A DNA stretch of 64,000 bases, from assembly GCA_003971905.1 (NCBI GenBank), contig RSEE01000135.1:62001-126000 (forward strand), read 5' to 3'. The stretch's first letter is position 1; each line of letters begins with the position of its first letter. A program made the position numbers and the translations under genes. Below are positions 34,970 through 48,407 of the stretch, piece after piece. This stretch comes from Moniliella sp. 'wahieum' (lineage: Eukaryota). Below the pieces are notes generated by a model, which saw nothing but the letters and a program-made list of their open reading frames with translations, searched no databases and was not told where the DNA came from.

Positions 34970-37900
34970 CAAGCTGCCTGTACTGTGGATCAATTGGCTG
35001 GAAAATGTCGGAGGGATATGCCCAATGGGGATGGAGGTGGTAAAGTCATAACATTCACTGCAGATCGAGCTCCCACAAGAGCTATGCTCCCATTCACAGG
35101 AAAAGGGAAAAGATAAGAACTCCTGCTGCTGCAGTGCCACTGGTCGCATGTCATCAGTGTAGCACGCAATTCATCCACACAACAGCATTAATGACTTAGT
35201 TGTCCCGGCGGGGAGACCGTTTGCGGACGAGGGAGAGGATATGCATGAAGTTACCGTCGACGATCATCATAGCTTACTCCTTGGAATGGGCGGACCCCGA
35301 ACTGGAGCCCAATCCATGGTTCAGTGGTGCTTTCCCTTGGAGGAAGAGAGTTCACTCGAGCTTGAACGCTTTTGGCGGATCCGAATGGAGATAGAAAGGA
35401 GGTGAGAGCCCTCTCAATTATGGCGTCGGCTCGCCCGGAAACTGATTGCGTATGTATCGGAACGAGAAGAACTAGCGTGCCTGTAGACGCCGAATCTTGA
35501 AAGGTTGGCTGGAAGATTAATGCAGACAAAGGCAGTGCCGCACAGGCTCTTTCACAGAACAACCCAACTCTTGTGGGATCGCAGCGGGATCCGTACAGAG
35601 GAGACTGTAAGCTGGAGGTGGAGATCAACCGCAAAAAATGGCTGAATGAGGACTTCTGGAAGAAGATCAAGTTGTGGTCTCTGAATCATGTTGGTGGGAC
35701 CTGCTGGAGAGAGCTATAGGGAGTATACTACGCAGGTGTTGTCTGGTGGGTCCGGGATGGATTCGTATGGAGATGTTGTTACAAAAGACCCACAAGGGGA
35801 AGAACATGGAAGAAGGGCTGTACAGACAGGAATTTTAAGAAAACGAAAATACAACGTAGAAAGAGGAAGTAATAAAAGGCGAACGGTTCTCAAAGGAGTA
35901 TACATATCACAAGTAGGGAAAGGTTCTAGGAACATGAACAGCCAAACATGAAAACGGCCCAAAGTAATGGGCAGGTTCTCCGCTCGTAGAAACAACATAC
36001 AAGGCATGAGGGGTTAGGCCCCAGGAAACGAGAAGCGAGGATCAGGAAAGGGACGTCTGGTAGATCCGGCAGCTCAACTAGCAGTTGGTACTTTTACGCT
36101 CACGATCAAAGACCTTACAATATGAAGTATAGAACACAATCAGCAGAGGGCCTCAATTGAAGGTCACGCACGGCTCTCCTCAGCCATACGGAAGGGACTC
36201 GAGCTTGGTCGCCCAGATCGACTGAGTAGGGAAACATGCTCAGTTTAGACGCAACGGAGTAGATTGGTTGGTTTGGCGAGCCAGCTCGCCTCCCGTAACG
36301 CTCCTCCCTGTCTGGCATTTCAGCCGGGAGGCATTGCTTTCATACGAGAAGAGACAAGCGCACTGTCCTTCTGCCAGTATAAAGACCACTCCGGTATCCT
36401 ACCAGCCCTACTCCTCCTCCAACGCACCGCCACCTGGCCATCCCGAGGAGGAGTCCAGCACGCACTAACATCTTCGGCATGTTCGAAGATGGGGAGTGGA
36501 ACCATATGGAGCGCTGTGGCCCTCTTCCGGTGAATCGTCCTTTCTCATCGTTGTTGTACGTCCACGCTTTCTTGTTTTGGTTCTGTTGTACTCTGGCGGA
36601 CGAGTGTACTGTGCTTTTTGTGATACGATGTGGTACTTTGTTTTGTTCAAATGCAGAACAACGATCAATTTACAAGCCTGGTCCTTCGTCCGACGTGAAC
36701 AAACACACTCAGCTTGGCTTCCTTTTTGTAGGTAACCCTCCCCCCCTGAATGTGTGTCATCATGGCGAAGTACCGTAGACTAAGAGAGTTGCTAAGAGCT
36801 CCAGAACCTGCTTGCGAATCTGAAAAAGCGCTCTATGCACACGCGAGTGCCCACACATCCATACTGTCAACGAAGCACCAAATGATGAACACTCGGTGGT
36901 GGCAGGCCTACCAGACTCCCACCACTCGCAGCAACAGGCAGGTTTTTACCCCCCCCCAGACGTACAATCTTGGTCGCCACAGTCTAGGCTCATATACGTC
37001 CTAGTACTACATACGGCGACACGCCGACTATACGGTGCATGAGGTTCGTTGCTGTTCTGGTGATATGCCACCCACTGGTCCTCACGCACTCCTCCCGCCT
37101 CTCAACTGAGAAGCCCCCGCTCAGACAGCTGATCCTCGACCCTAGACTTCACAACCGCATAACAGCCGCTTTGTGCCTTTAGTGGGGGGCGGGGTACCAT
37201 TTGACCCCCCACCCATACCGCAGTCCAACTGTGGTCTCCAAAGCGAGCGGCGGTCATCGCAGAGAAAAGAACGAGGCCTGTGCTGCTTCAAGCCCGGTTA
37301 TCCGTTTTTTCGCCATCTTCGCCGAGGGACTTGTCCACTTACGCGGCTTGTGGGCAAAACTCGCTGTGTTCCGTCACCGGTCTATACATTTCCCTCTTTT
37401 TGACATGACTGTCGTTTCCTCTGTCCGCTCTACCTTCTTTGGGAAACTTAGCGGAGAGGGGGCTGAGAGAGTCATGCGTGGGCGGGTCAAGAAGGAGTTG
37501 TTGTTGCCTTGTCACCCCCCCCCCCGGTCAGGAAGGAATGGGCATGGCCAGCCACTCCAACTTGATCCCAGGATGAATCTGACCATTTTCTTCTGCGTCT
37601 GCGAGACTGGATTCGAGGCCATTAGCACGGCACGGGACTGATCGCGAAGAACCGCCCAATCAAATGTTCCGATCGAGTCATCGCATTGGACTTCTTCTCC
37701 TATAGTACTTATGGTGTAGTTTGCAAGCCCCTCTTCCTCATCGCGAATGAACCGACCATCTGCAATTAAAGTATAGGTAAGAGTCGAGGGTCGGCTGGGC
37801 CTGTGACCTCATCATTCTGTGCTCCCAGGCACCGATAGAGCCAGTTGCATCCCACATGCCTCTGGGGCCTTCCCCCCCGACACTGAAGACAAGTCTGACT

Positions 37901-38305
37901 ACCTGACCACCTGTGCTCCGGAATGGTTTAAAGCACGGATAAGGGGCGCATCCCTTTCCAATCCGGCTGTAGAGGGAACAGGGAAGAAGGGAGAGGGGGA
38001 GAGGAAGTGGTAGGAGGACACCGGGTATATTAACGCCCAGGAGGAGCTCAAAGAGCAGCAAATGGGAATGACCATGTATACTAAGGCAATGGGAGGACTT
38101 GAACTGAGTCTAAGGGTGGAGACAAACGCCTTTGGGCTGCTAAGGCCAAGACAGCAATAAGTTGGCTTCTCTACTTTGTCGTTTTGTTCGTTCGTGCGCT
38201 GCCTCTGACGTCATGAATGGGTGGTGCGTGGGCTTAGCTCAGCAGGCGTGTGCTGGTCGCTGGTGGGTTGAGAGTAGAGATGGAGAGAGTACCACCACCA
38301 CCGAT

Positions 38306-38588
38306 ATGCCAGTGGCTCCGGGCGATGCGCAGCGGGTGTGCCACACACGCGCGTGTGCGCTGCAGGCGTGTCTGCAGACGCACACCTACACGCCCGACCG
38401 GTGCCAGGGCGCAGTGGATGCGCTGTGGCGCTGCTGCGGCGCCTACTACCGCTCGCTCGCCATCCCCCTCGACGGCGCCCACCCGGCGCCCGACACGCTC
38501 CTGCCCGCGTCCCCCCGTGCCCCATGCGTGTCCGCTGCCCAGCGTCCTGCGCACCAAGCTGCTCCAGCGGGGGATTGAGATGGAGTAA
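38306..38588 (+). CDS. CMC4: Cx9C mitochondrial intermembrane-space protein, CMC4/MTCP1-like (one indel near the 3' end)
   Basis: CHTRACALQACLQTHTYTPDRCQGAVDALWRCC..YY and C-terminal ACP.PSVL..KL. Confidence 0.82.
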
Positions 38589-38883
38589 CCCCCTATCACC
38601 ATTCTTCCCTCTGATGTTGTTCCTGCTGCCTGTCCATTCTGATTGGTGCTCTCCTTTCCCCTCTCGTACTTCTAATGGGACCGATCGAGCTGGTTAGCCA
38701 CCTGGCCCAATCGACTTGTCAATGCAGACCATCATTCATCAAGCAACACAAAGCAAAGCAAGTAAAGCCAAGGGATGTAGTTAGGAAGCATGAGTTGCAC
38801 CGATGCGCTTACATCAGCGGAGAGTGGATTGGAGAGGCGCGATCGCCACCGCCACCGCCATCGTCACTCGCCCCATACCCACC

Positions 38884-39300
38884 ATGGCCACATCCGCGCC
38901 CCCCCACCAACGGCAGCGGCGACGTTTGAGGCGCGGCGGAGCGAGCTGCAGGCGCTGGCGACGCGGATCGGGGACCTGGAGGCGAGCGGGGACGAGCACA
39001 AGCTGGTGCTGGCGACGCTGCGGGAGGCGCAGGCGAAGGACCCGGCGCGCACGTGCTTCCGCCTGGTGGGCGGCGTGCTGACGGAGAAGACGGTCAAGGA
39101 GGTGGTGCCGGTGCTGGAGCTGAATGCGAAGAACGTGAGTGTGGTGGGGGTGGTGGCGATGGTGGGAGTGGCAACTGACAACTGACGTGTGTGTGTGTGT
39201 GGATGGGCAGATCGAGGAGCTGATTGGGACGCTGCTGGCGCAGTACAAGGACAAGGAGGCGCAGCTGGCGGCGTTTGTGCGCCAACAGGGGCGTAACTAG
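38884..39300 (+). CDS. GIM4: Prefoldin subunit 2; intron 39135-39210
   Basis: ELQALATRIGDLE...EHKLVL.TL...RTCFRLVGGVL.EKTVKEVVPVL. Exon 2 IEELIGTLLAQYKDKE..* . Confidence 0.92.
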
Positions 39301-39518
39301 CAACTGGCAACTAGTAACTGATGTTGGATTGCCCTGCCATTGGAGTGTTCTGTAGATAGCCTGATGAGTCCGAGTACGCAGTGGTGGTTGGGTATATGTA
39401 AGCACCCCGCGAAATGTTCAGACGCGTCACGCCACCAACCACGCGACGCGTCGCGTGGTGTGGTGGCGTGTGTGTCTACGCCTCTTGCTCCCCCCCAACA
39501 ACCTCCCCCCTCCTCGCC

Positions 39519-42500
39519 ATGGCCCGCCTCGGCAACGTACACGCTTCCCGTGCGCCGCGCGGGCGTGCGTCTGCCCGCGGCGGCTCTTTCTCTTCCGCTT
39601 CCGCTTCTTCTTCCCGCCGCGCGCCCCCCCGCCCCCGCCCGCGCGCACCTTCGAGACGATCGACACGTGGGACGAGCTGGACGGCGCGTTTGGCTATCCG
39701 CTGCTCGACCAGGGCCCGCCGCGCGACGCATGGCTCGTCAGCATGCAGCCCACTGTGCGCACCCCCGATGGGGATGCCGCTTCTGGTGGTGGTGGTGGTG
39801 GTGGTGCTCCCGATGGTGGTGGTGGCGGTGGCGCCGCTCCCCCCGGACAATCATCCTCTTCCTCCGGCGCGCGTGCCGGGGTGGACTTTTACTTTATCGA
39901 CGATGCCAACGACTCGTTCAAGGTGACGGTGTACTACCCTCCGTACTTTTACCTCGTCTGTCGTCCGCGCACCGAGGCCGTGGTGGAGGAGTGGCTGGCC
40001 AAGCGCTTCGAAGGGCTGCTGACCCACACCGAGCGCGTGTGGCGCGACGACCTCAAGCTGCCCAACCACCTGGTCGGCGCACAGCGGCTGCTGCTCAAGC
40101 TGACGTTTGCCAATGTGCAAGACCTGCTGAGTGTGCGCCGAGAACTGCTGCCATTAGCACAACAGGCAGCGAGCAAACGCGATGCCGTCGACACGTATTC
40201 CGACGCACTCTTTGCCCAGCACCACCACCACAGCGGCACTTCTTCTTCTTCCGGTGCGCCCGATGCGAGCCAGGCTGCGCTGGCCATCGAGTTGGACAAT
40301 CCGGTTGGCATGGCAACATCCGGCGAGTCGGGGTTTGTGGACGACAAGTGGACCGGAGGACGGGCGCACAACGCCAAGCTGGCCCACCACGACGATGCTA
40401 CCTCGCGTGGGATCCGGGCCGAGGAGGCAATTGTCGAGGTGCGCGAGTACGATGTGCCGTACTACCTGCGTGTGGCGATGGACAACGATATCCGTGTTGG
40501 GCTCTGGTACCATCTCACGTTTTCCGAGGGCGAGGTGAGCATGACGGTGTTGCCGGACCGTGTAGCGCGTGCCGAGCCGTGTGTGCTGGCGTTTGACATT
40601 GAGACCGAGAAGGCGCCACTCAAGTTCCCCGATGCGGACCACGATCGGATCATGATGATCTCGTACATGATTGACGGCCAAGGCTTTCTGATTACCAACC
40701 GGGACATTGTGTCGGAGGACATTGAAGATTTCGAGTACACGCCCAAGGAAGAGTTTGAGGGGCCGTTTGTGATTTTCAACGAGCCCAACGAGCATGCACT
40801 CTTGGACCGCTTTTTTACCCACTTTCGCCAGGTGCGCCCGCGCGTCGTGGCCACGTACAATGGCGACGCGTTCGATTTCCCCTACGTCGAAGCGCGCGCG
40901 GCCAAGAACGGGCTGAGCTTGTTGACCGACATGGGCTTTTGCAAGGACAGCAACGACGAGTACAAGTCGCGTGGGTGTGTGCACATGGACTGTTTCCGCT
41001 GGGTCAAGCGCGACTCGTATTTGCCCCAGGGCTCACAGGGTCTCAAGGCAGTGACGGTGGCCAAGTTGGGCTACGACCCGGTGGAGTTGGATCCGGAACT
41101 AATGACGGCGTATGCGTCCGAGTTTCCACAACTCTTGGCGCAGTATTCCGTGTCGGACGCCGTGGCGACCTACTACCTCTACATGAAGTACGTCCACCCG
41201 TTCATCTTTTCCCTCTGCAACATTATCCCGCTCAATCCGGACGAGGTGCTGCGCAAGGGCACGGGCACGCTGTGCGAGACGTTGTTGATGGTGCAGGCGT
41301 TCAAGGCCAACATTCTCTTGCCCAACCGACACATTGACCCGGTCGGGAACGAGTACCGCGGCCACCTGCTCGAGTCGGAAACCTATGTCGGCGGGCACGT
41401 GGAGGCGCTGGAAGCGGGCGTGTTTCGCACCGACATTCCCACCCATTTTAATGTCGACCCGGCGACGGTCCAGCAGGTACGTTCTGGTATCTTGATCCCA
41501 GGAGGAAGGAGGAGGAGGTTGTACTTGTGACTGACTTGCCTGTATGTGTACAGCTCCTGGACGACCTCGATCTGGCGTTGAAGTTTTCCATCGAAGTGGA
41601 AGGCAAGGTCCCCATGGAGGAGGTGACGAACTACGACGAGGTCAAAGCGCAGATTGCCGCCAAACTGACCGAACTGCGGGACCATCCCCACCGCCAGGAC
41701 TGCCCGCTGATCTACCACCTCGACGTGGCGGCCATGTACCCCAACATCATGCTCTCCAACCGGCTGCAGCCCGACGCGATCGTGACCGAGGCGGCGTGCG
41801 CGACGTGCGACTTTAACACGCCCGACATGGCGTGCGACCGCAAGATGAACTGGGCGTGGCGCGGCGAGTACTTCCCCGCGAAGCGGGACGAGGTCAACAT
41901 GATCAAGCATGCGCTGACGCACGAGACGTTCCCGCCCAAGTGGAAGGAGGGCGCGCGGCGGGACTACTGGGCGCTGACGGCGGCGGAGCGGGACGCGCTG
42001 CTGCACAAGCGGCTGGGCGACTACAGCCGCAAGGTGTACGGCAAGGCGCACGAGACGGCGACGGTGGTGCGCGAGGCGATTGTGTGCCAGCGCGAGAACC
42101 CGTTCTACACCAACACGGTGCGCGACTTTCGCGACCGGCGGTACGAGTACAAGGGGCTGCACAAGACGTGGAAGCGCAAGGTGGACGAGGCCGCGTCGCT
42201 GCCGGAGCAGGTCGACGCACGCAAGATGGTGGTGCTGTACGACTCGCTGCAGCTGGCGCACAAGGTCATCCTCAACTCGTTCTACGGCTATGTCATGCGC
42301 AAGGGCGCGCGCTGGTTCTCCATGGAGATGGGCGGCATCACCTGCCTCACCGGCGCGACCATCATCCAGATGGCCAAGCAGCTCGTCGACCACATTGGCC
42401 GCCCGCTCGAGCTCGACACGGACGGCATCTGGTGCATGCTGCCCGGCGCGTTCCCCGAGAACTTTCGCTTCACCACCACGCGCGGCAAGACGCTCGCGAT

Positions 42501-45500
42501 CAGCTACCCGTGCACCATGCTCAACCACCTCGTCCACCGCTCCTTCACCAACCACCAGTACCACACGAGGGATGCGGCCACCGGCGCGTACACGGTCCGC
42601 AGCGAGAACTCGATCTTCTTTGAGCTGGATGGCCCCTACCGCGCCATGGTGCTGCCGTCGAGCAAGGAGGAAACAAGCTGCTCAAGAAGCGCTACGCCGT
42701 GTTTGAGTTTGACGGCTCGCTCGCCGAGCTCAAGGGGTTCGAGGTCAAGCGGCGTGGCGAGCTGCAGCTGATCAAGGACTTCCAAAAGCAACTCTTCCAC
42801 ACGTTTTTGCACGGCAGCACGCTGAGCGAGTGCTATGCGGCGGTGGCGCGCGTGGCGGACCAGTGGCTGGACGTGCTCTACTCGCGCGGCGCGACGCTCG
42901 AGGACGGCGAGCTGATCGACCTGATTGCCGAGAACAAGAGCATGTCCAAGACGCTCGCCGAGTACGGCGCGCAGAAGAGCTCGGCGATCACCACGGCGCG
43001 CCGGCTGGCCGAGGTGCTGGGCGCGCAGATGGTCAAGGACAAGGGGCTGGCATGCAAGTTTATCATCTCGCACAAGCCCGTCGGGGCGCCCGTGACGGAA
43101 CGCGCGGTGCCCGTCGCGCTCTTCTCGGCGCCGCTCGAGCAGCGCCAGTTCTACCTCCGCCGCTTCCTCAAGGACAGCAGCCTGACCGACCTCGACCTGC
43201 GCTCGGTGCTCGACTGGGACTACTACCTCGACCGCTTTGGCAGCGTCATCCAGAAACTCATCACCATCCCGGCCGCCATGCAGCGCGTGCCCAACCCCGT
43301 GCCGCGCGTGCGCCACCCCGACTGGCTCGCCCGCCGCGTCGCGCAGCAGGGCGACCCCTACAAGCAGAACACCATCACCAGCATGTTTGCCAAGGCGTCG
43401 CTCGCCCCGCCCTTGCCGCCGGCCGAAGCGGGCAGTGTGTTCCGCGGGCCTCCGTTGGCCACCCACTCGAAGTCTCCCCCCGAAAACACGCACCAACAAG
43501 ACCAACCACCGCCAGTGGAGGAGGAGGTGCCCGCGCCGCAGCAGGACTACCGCGCGTACCTGCGCGCCGTGCGCGGCCGGTGGCAAGCGCACCGGCAGGC
43601 GATGCGGGAGGCGGGTCGGGCCGGCGGGCTGGACGCGCTGCTGGGACCGACGACGACGACCGGCACGCTCGGCGGGCTGATCGCGCAGCACACGGCGACG
43701 CTGGCGACGGGCGAGTGGGAGGTGCTGTGGCTGGCGCCGACTCCCCGGCCGGGCGAGTTCAAGATGTTTGTGTGGCTGGAGGGCAAGGTGCATGGGGTGC
43801 GTGTGCGCGTGCCGCGGACGGTGTATGTTTCCTTTCGGAGTGCGCCCGACGCGTGGTTGGCGCAGCAGGCGGCGATGGGCGCGCTGCCGTCGTCGGTGGT
43901 GGTGGAGCGGGTGAGCCGGACGCTGCCGCGCGGCTGTCCTGCGCGGCACCTGTACCGGTTGACGGTGGCCGAGGAGGAGTTTGTGGTGGCCGAGGCGTGG
44001 TTCGGGGCGCTGCTGACGCACCCGTCGGTGGAGGGCGTGTACGAGATGGGGGTGCCGTTGGTGGTGCGTGCGCTGGTCCAGCTCGGTGCGCGCTGCCGCC
44101 TCGACCCACGGCAGCACGCGCGCCTCGCCACCGCGCTCGACGTGGGCTTTGACCTGGCCGACCTGCTGCCGTGCGCGCCGCCGAGCGTGCCGCGCCTGCC
44201 GCGCGTCGCGTTTGGCGTCTTTTACCTCTTCCACGCCGGCACCGAGCAGCGCCACTGGCTCGCGCTCGTCGCGCCCACGGGGCAGACCGTCGTGCACGTT
44301 GTCGACTCGGCGGGTCTGCGGCAGGAGCCGCGGTTGGACGCGCTCTACCGTCAAGCGCGCGCGCGTGTACCAGCATCAACCGACGCCGAAGAAGAAGGAG
44401 GAGATGGTGGTGGTAGTTTTGCGTACCCACCCTCCCTCTCCCTCGAAGCGGGCGTAACAGTACACCGGACGGAAAGCGCAGCGTTGCGCGCCGTGGGCAG
44501 CACCTTGGCGCGGTGGCAGCGCGCCGAGCCGCGTCCGGCGCTGCTGGCGCTGTGCTCGTCGCGCGCCATGGAGCACTACGACCGTGGGTTGGGCCAGACG
44601 ATGGCGCGGGTGGCAGTGCCGCCGCCGCGCGGGCTGGACGCGTTGCCTGCGCTCGAGTGGCAGATGAGCTGTGCAAAGCGGATGGTGAGCACGTACGTGC
44701 GCCTCGCGTCCTGGCTGCGCGCGTGGATCGAGTTGGCGTGCGAGTACGGCGTGCCCGTGGGCAACTTGCCACGGGACCATGCGCTGTTTGCGGCCGACGT
44801 GGCGTTGGCGCGCGCGCTGACGGCGCAGGACCATGTGCTCTGGTGGAGTGATGGCCCGCTGCCCGACCTGGGCGGCCACGAGGCCGACAGCCACGTGGGC
44901 GTGTCGTGGTGGGACGAGGGCGGGGCGGAGATGGAGGTGTCGCGTGCCGGCGCGTACGGGACGGTGGTGCTGGAGCTGGCGGTGGGCGATGTGGCGCTGG
45001 ACGCGGTGCTGCAGAGCAGCGGGCTGAACGAGCGAGAAGGGGCCGGCGCGGGCAGCATGGCGTTTGGTGCGCAGGCGCCGAGCCTCGACGACTTTGCCGC
45101 GACGGCCGCGACGGGCGGGACGAGCTACGCAGAAGCGATGGCGGCCTTGGGCGACGCGGTGCTGACGCCGGCGCTGTTTGCGACGGTCAAGAGTCTGGTG
45201 CGCACGTGGCATGCGGCGCGACGCACGCGGCGCGCGTCGGCGCACTTGGCCTCGACGTTTTGGCGCTGGGTGTCCAGCGACGAGGCCGGACTGTACGAGC
45301 CGGCGCTGCACCGGTTCGTGCAGGGCGTGATGCGCAAGACGATGCTGCAGTTGCTCGCCGAGCTCAAGCGCCTGGGCGCCGAGGTGGTCTACGCGTCGTT
45401 TGACCGCCTGCTGGTGCGCACGAGCAAGACGGACGCCGGCGCGGCCGCCGCGTACGGCACCTACCTCACCACGGCCGTCACGGGCCACGAGCTGTTCCGC

Positions 45501-46693
45501 TGGCTGCAGCTCGACGTGGTGCACGCGTGGGAGCTGCTGCTCTGGATGGACACGGCCAACTTTGGCGGCGTGCTGGGCGACGAGGCGTACGCGGCGGCGG
45601 TGCACAAGCGCCAGCGTCTGCTGCACGGGGGTGGGATGATGAGGGCAAGAACGGCACTACGACTCCCCCGACCACTACGGACGACGATGACGAAGGTGGT
45701 CTACCTGTTCCCAAAGCTGCCCCTACCCCCACCACCGACTCGACAACCAACAAGGACAACTTTACCATCGAGTCGGCGTGGAACATCCAGACCTACCTCC
45801 CGCCCGCGGTGCAAGACGATCTGACGCGGCTCGTGGGCCGGCTGATGTACCGGCTGTACAAGGTGCTGCGAGCTGGTCAGGACCACGCGCCCAACACGCG
45901 GCGGCACGAGAGCAGCGCCGACATGGCGACGACCACGTTGGCCACGGGCACCATGACGCTGACCACCGACCCGGAGCGGACCAAGGCGGTGCAGGATCTG
46001 GTCAAGCACGCCGTGACGCGCTGGCTGCTGCAGACGGTGGCCGAGGTGAAGCAGGCGCAGGCGGCGGCGGCGGCGGACGACGCGGCGTGGGCGTTCCCTG
46101 TGCGGCCGGGGGGCGGGCTGGCGGCGGGGGGAAACGCGGCCCTCGAGCTGGCCAAGACGTTCTGCGCCATGGTGGGGCTGGTGCGGGAGGCGGCGGCGGA
46201 GGTGGCGCTGGCCAAGCGGCTGGCGCTCGAGCTGGTGGGCGTCAACGAGTTTGCGGCGGCGGCGGCGTGGCGGATGCTGCCGGCGGCGGGGGCGGCGCGC
46301 ACGGCGGTGGTGCGGGTGGTGTGTGGGTTCTGCCAGGCGAGCGTGGCGGTGGATGTGGTGCGCGGGGCGGGTGGCGGGACGAGTGCCGGCGGCGGCGGGT
46401 GGCGGTGTGGGCGGTGCCGGTGGCCGGTGGCCGCGGCGGCGGTGGAGGCGGTGCTGGTGCGCCGCGCCGACGGCTGCGTGGCGGCGAGCACGCTGGGCGA
46501 CGTGCGGTGCAACAAGTGTGGCCGCGAGCGCGCGACGCAGCTCGAGCGCCGGTGCGAGTGCAGCGGCGACTGGGGGCTCACCCTCGGCCGCGTCGCCGCG
46601 CGCGACCAGCTGCGTCTGCTCGACGATGTTGCGCGCGTCCACGCGCTCCCGACGCTCGCCGAGGCCGTCGAGCAGTTGTTGGCGTTGGTGTAG
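39519..46693 (+). CDS. POL2: DNA polymerase epsilon catalytic subunit; intron 41477-41553; apparent indels near 42670 and 45630
   Basis: Exonuclease [23 protein letters not shown]. Polymerase [54 protein letters not shown]-terminal CysA (CGFC..CGRC) and CysB (CNKC..CECSG). Confidence 0.97.
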
Positions 46694-48407
46694 GTCCCAA
46701 AAGTGTCATTGCATACCATGTTTTTTGTCAAGTGCCCAAAAGTGGGCTCACCTGTGTGTCCCTCTTGGGAGTGTACACAGCGATCGACGATAGACGATAG
46801 ACGATTATAGACGCTCAATGAACGCCGTCCTTACGGACGTTGATGAGGACGTCGATGCCAAATTCATCCTGGAGGTGCCACATCCCAAGTCTCCAGGCCA
46901 CAGTTGCTATCTTCGCTCAGGATCAGGCGGCCGAGATGGTGTGTGGCGCTGCTCCCTTTAAGGATCACCCTCCTGCCACTTCCCTCCCGTTTGGCACATG
47001 CGTTTCCGCGCCCGAACCACCTTGCCTTCCTGTTCCCTTCCACCCAGCCTTTTGAGCGATACTCACTATGTGTTGGCAGGCCTGTCTGTCCCAAATTGCG
47101 CCCGGGCACACCAATCGACCCGCAGGCCAACATTCTCGTGCCGGAGAGACAGGCTATTGATGCTGATCTGAGAGGGCACAAAAGGACGGGGCCCACGAAC
47201 GCAAGCCTGTCCAAGCTGCCCGTTTTGCTCGGTTGGGTAGGGAGGTAAAGTGCGACTTGTCCCCTCTTGAGTGCTCTGCGTTAGTGTCCCGCTCTTCCAT
47301 TGCACCCAACACGATGGGCGCGGTTCTGATGGCTTCCGATCTGACCCGCGCGGGGGGTACTTGGATCGTTCCAAGACCGGGAGCACCGTTTATGTTTTGG
47401 GCCACCTATGGTTTCCTTCTCAGCCCTTGTTCAGGCGGGAGTTATACTTTGGCTCTGCCAAGACTCTTTCTGGTGTAGGCTACATGGGCAGCCGTTGCAG
47501 GTTCCTCCCTGTCCCGGGCCCGGAAGACTTTGACTGTTCCGAGGCCAGCAGAGTGCGGCTTGCGAGCTGTACTCAGTAATCGCCTGCAAGTTGAATTGCC
47601 TTCTATTGACAGCAATGACTCTACTCGGCCTCCAACTCTACATACGTTTTTACTGTTAGACTTTGCCTTTTCGGCTCGACTGGACATATGTTGTCCAATG
47701 CCTCCAAGTTGATTCGACCTCTATAGTATGACGGTTTGTACGCTATTCATTCAGTTACCACCACACGTTGAATATATACTGACTCTTTTCCCTCGCTCCA
47801 TCTCCCTTTTCTCTCTCTGCTGCCTCCTTTCCTTCCGACGTTGCTTGAAGACTTGTGGTTCGCCACGTTGCCATTCACGCCTTGTCTGAAGGCTGCGTTG
47901 CAGCTCCCACGTCGCACTCTACCCGACGGGGGGTTGGTGGCCCCGACAAAAAGGACAGCAAAACCAACGGATGTTATTTCGGCCGAGCTGCTCGTCCGGC
48001 GTTCTGTGCGACGGCCCAACTTTGCGTTTCCCAGCTCCCAAGCGCCAACAGAGCGGCGCGCATGCTACAGCCACACTGGCCCCCTGCCCTCACTGCGCAC
48101 CACAGCGCCCCCCTGCCCGCGTCGCTCGCGCTGTCCCACACACTGGCCCCGCGCCACAGTGTGCGTGCGCCACGGCAGCCCCCGCAGCGGCCCGCACCAG
48201 CGCAGTGTGCGTGCATGTCTCAGACTGGGTGGCAGGGTGGAAGGGCGCCAGGGTGCTCAGCCTGAGTACGCCTCTAGGCCTCCTCTGGCCGAACCCCCTA
48301 CTCCATTTATTCCGTTGATCTCTTGCTGCCTCCACCACCACCACCTCCTCCTCCACCCCCCCCCCCACCCGCCCCACCTTCCTTTGCGCCCCACACTCTT
48401 TTGCACC

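Noticed and set aside
39519..46693. Genome-wide CUG reassignment, prompted by the odd tRNA-CAG
   Set aside because: CTG occupies conserved Leu positions, e.g. DSLQLAHK in POL2 and NGLQHYAAL in RPO41.
41383..46818. Long antisense and alternate-frame ORFs over POL2 (likewise over the Nudix gene, RPO41 and the retroelement)
   Set aside because: Shadow ORFs expected from very high GC3, Arg/Ala/Pro-rich and without recognisable domains.
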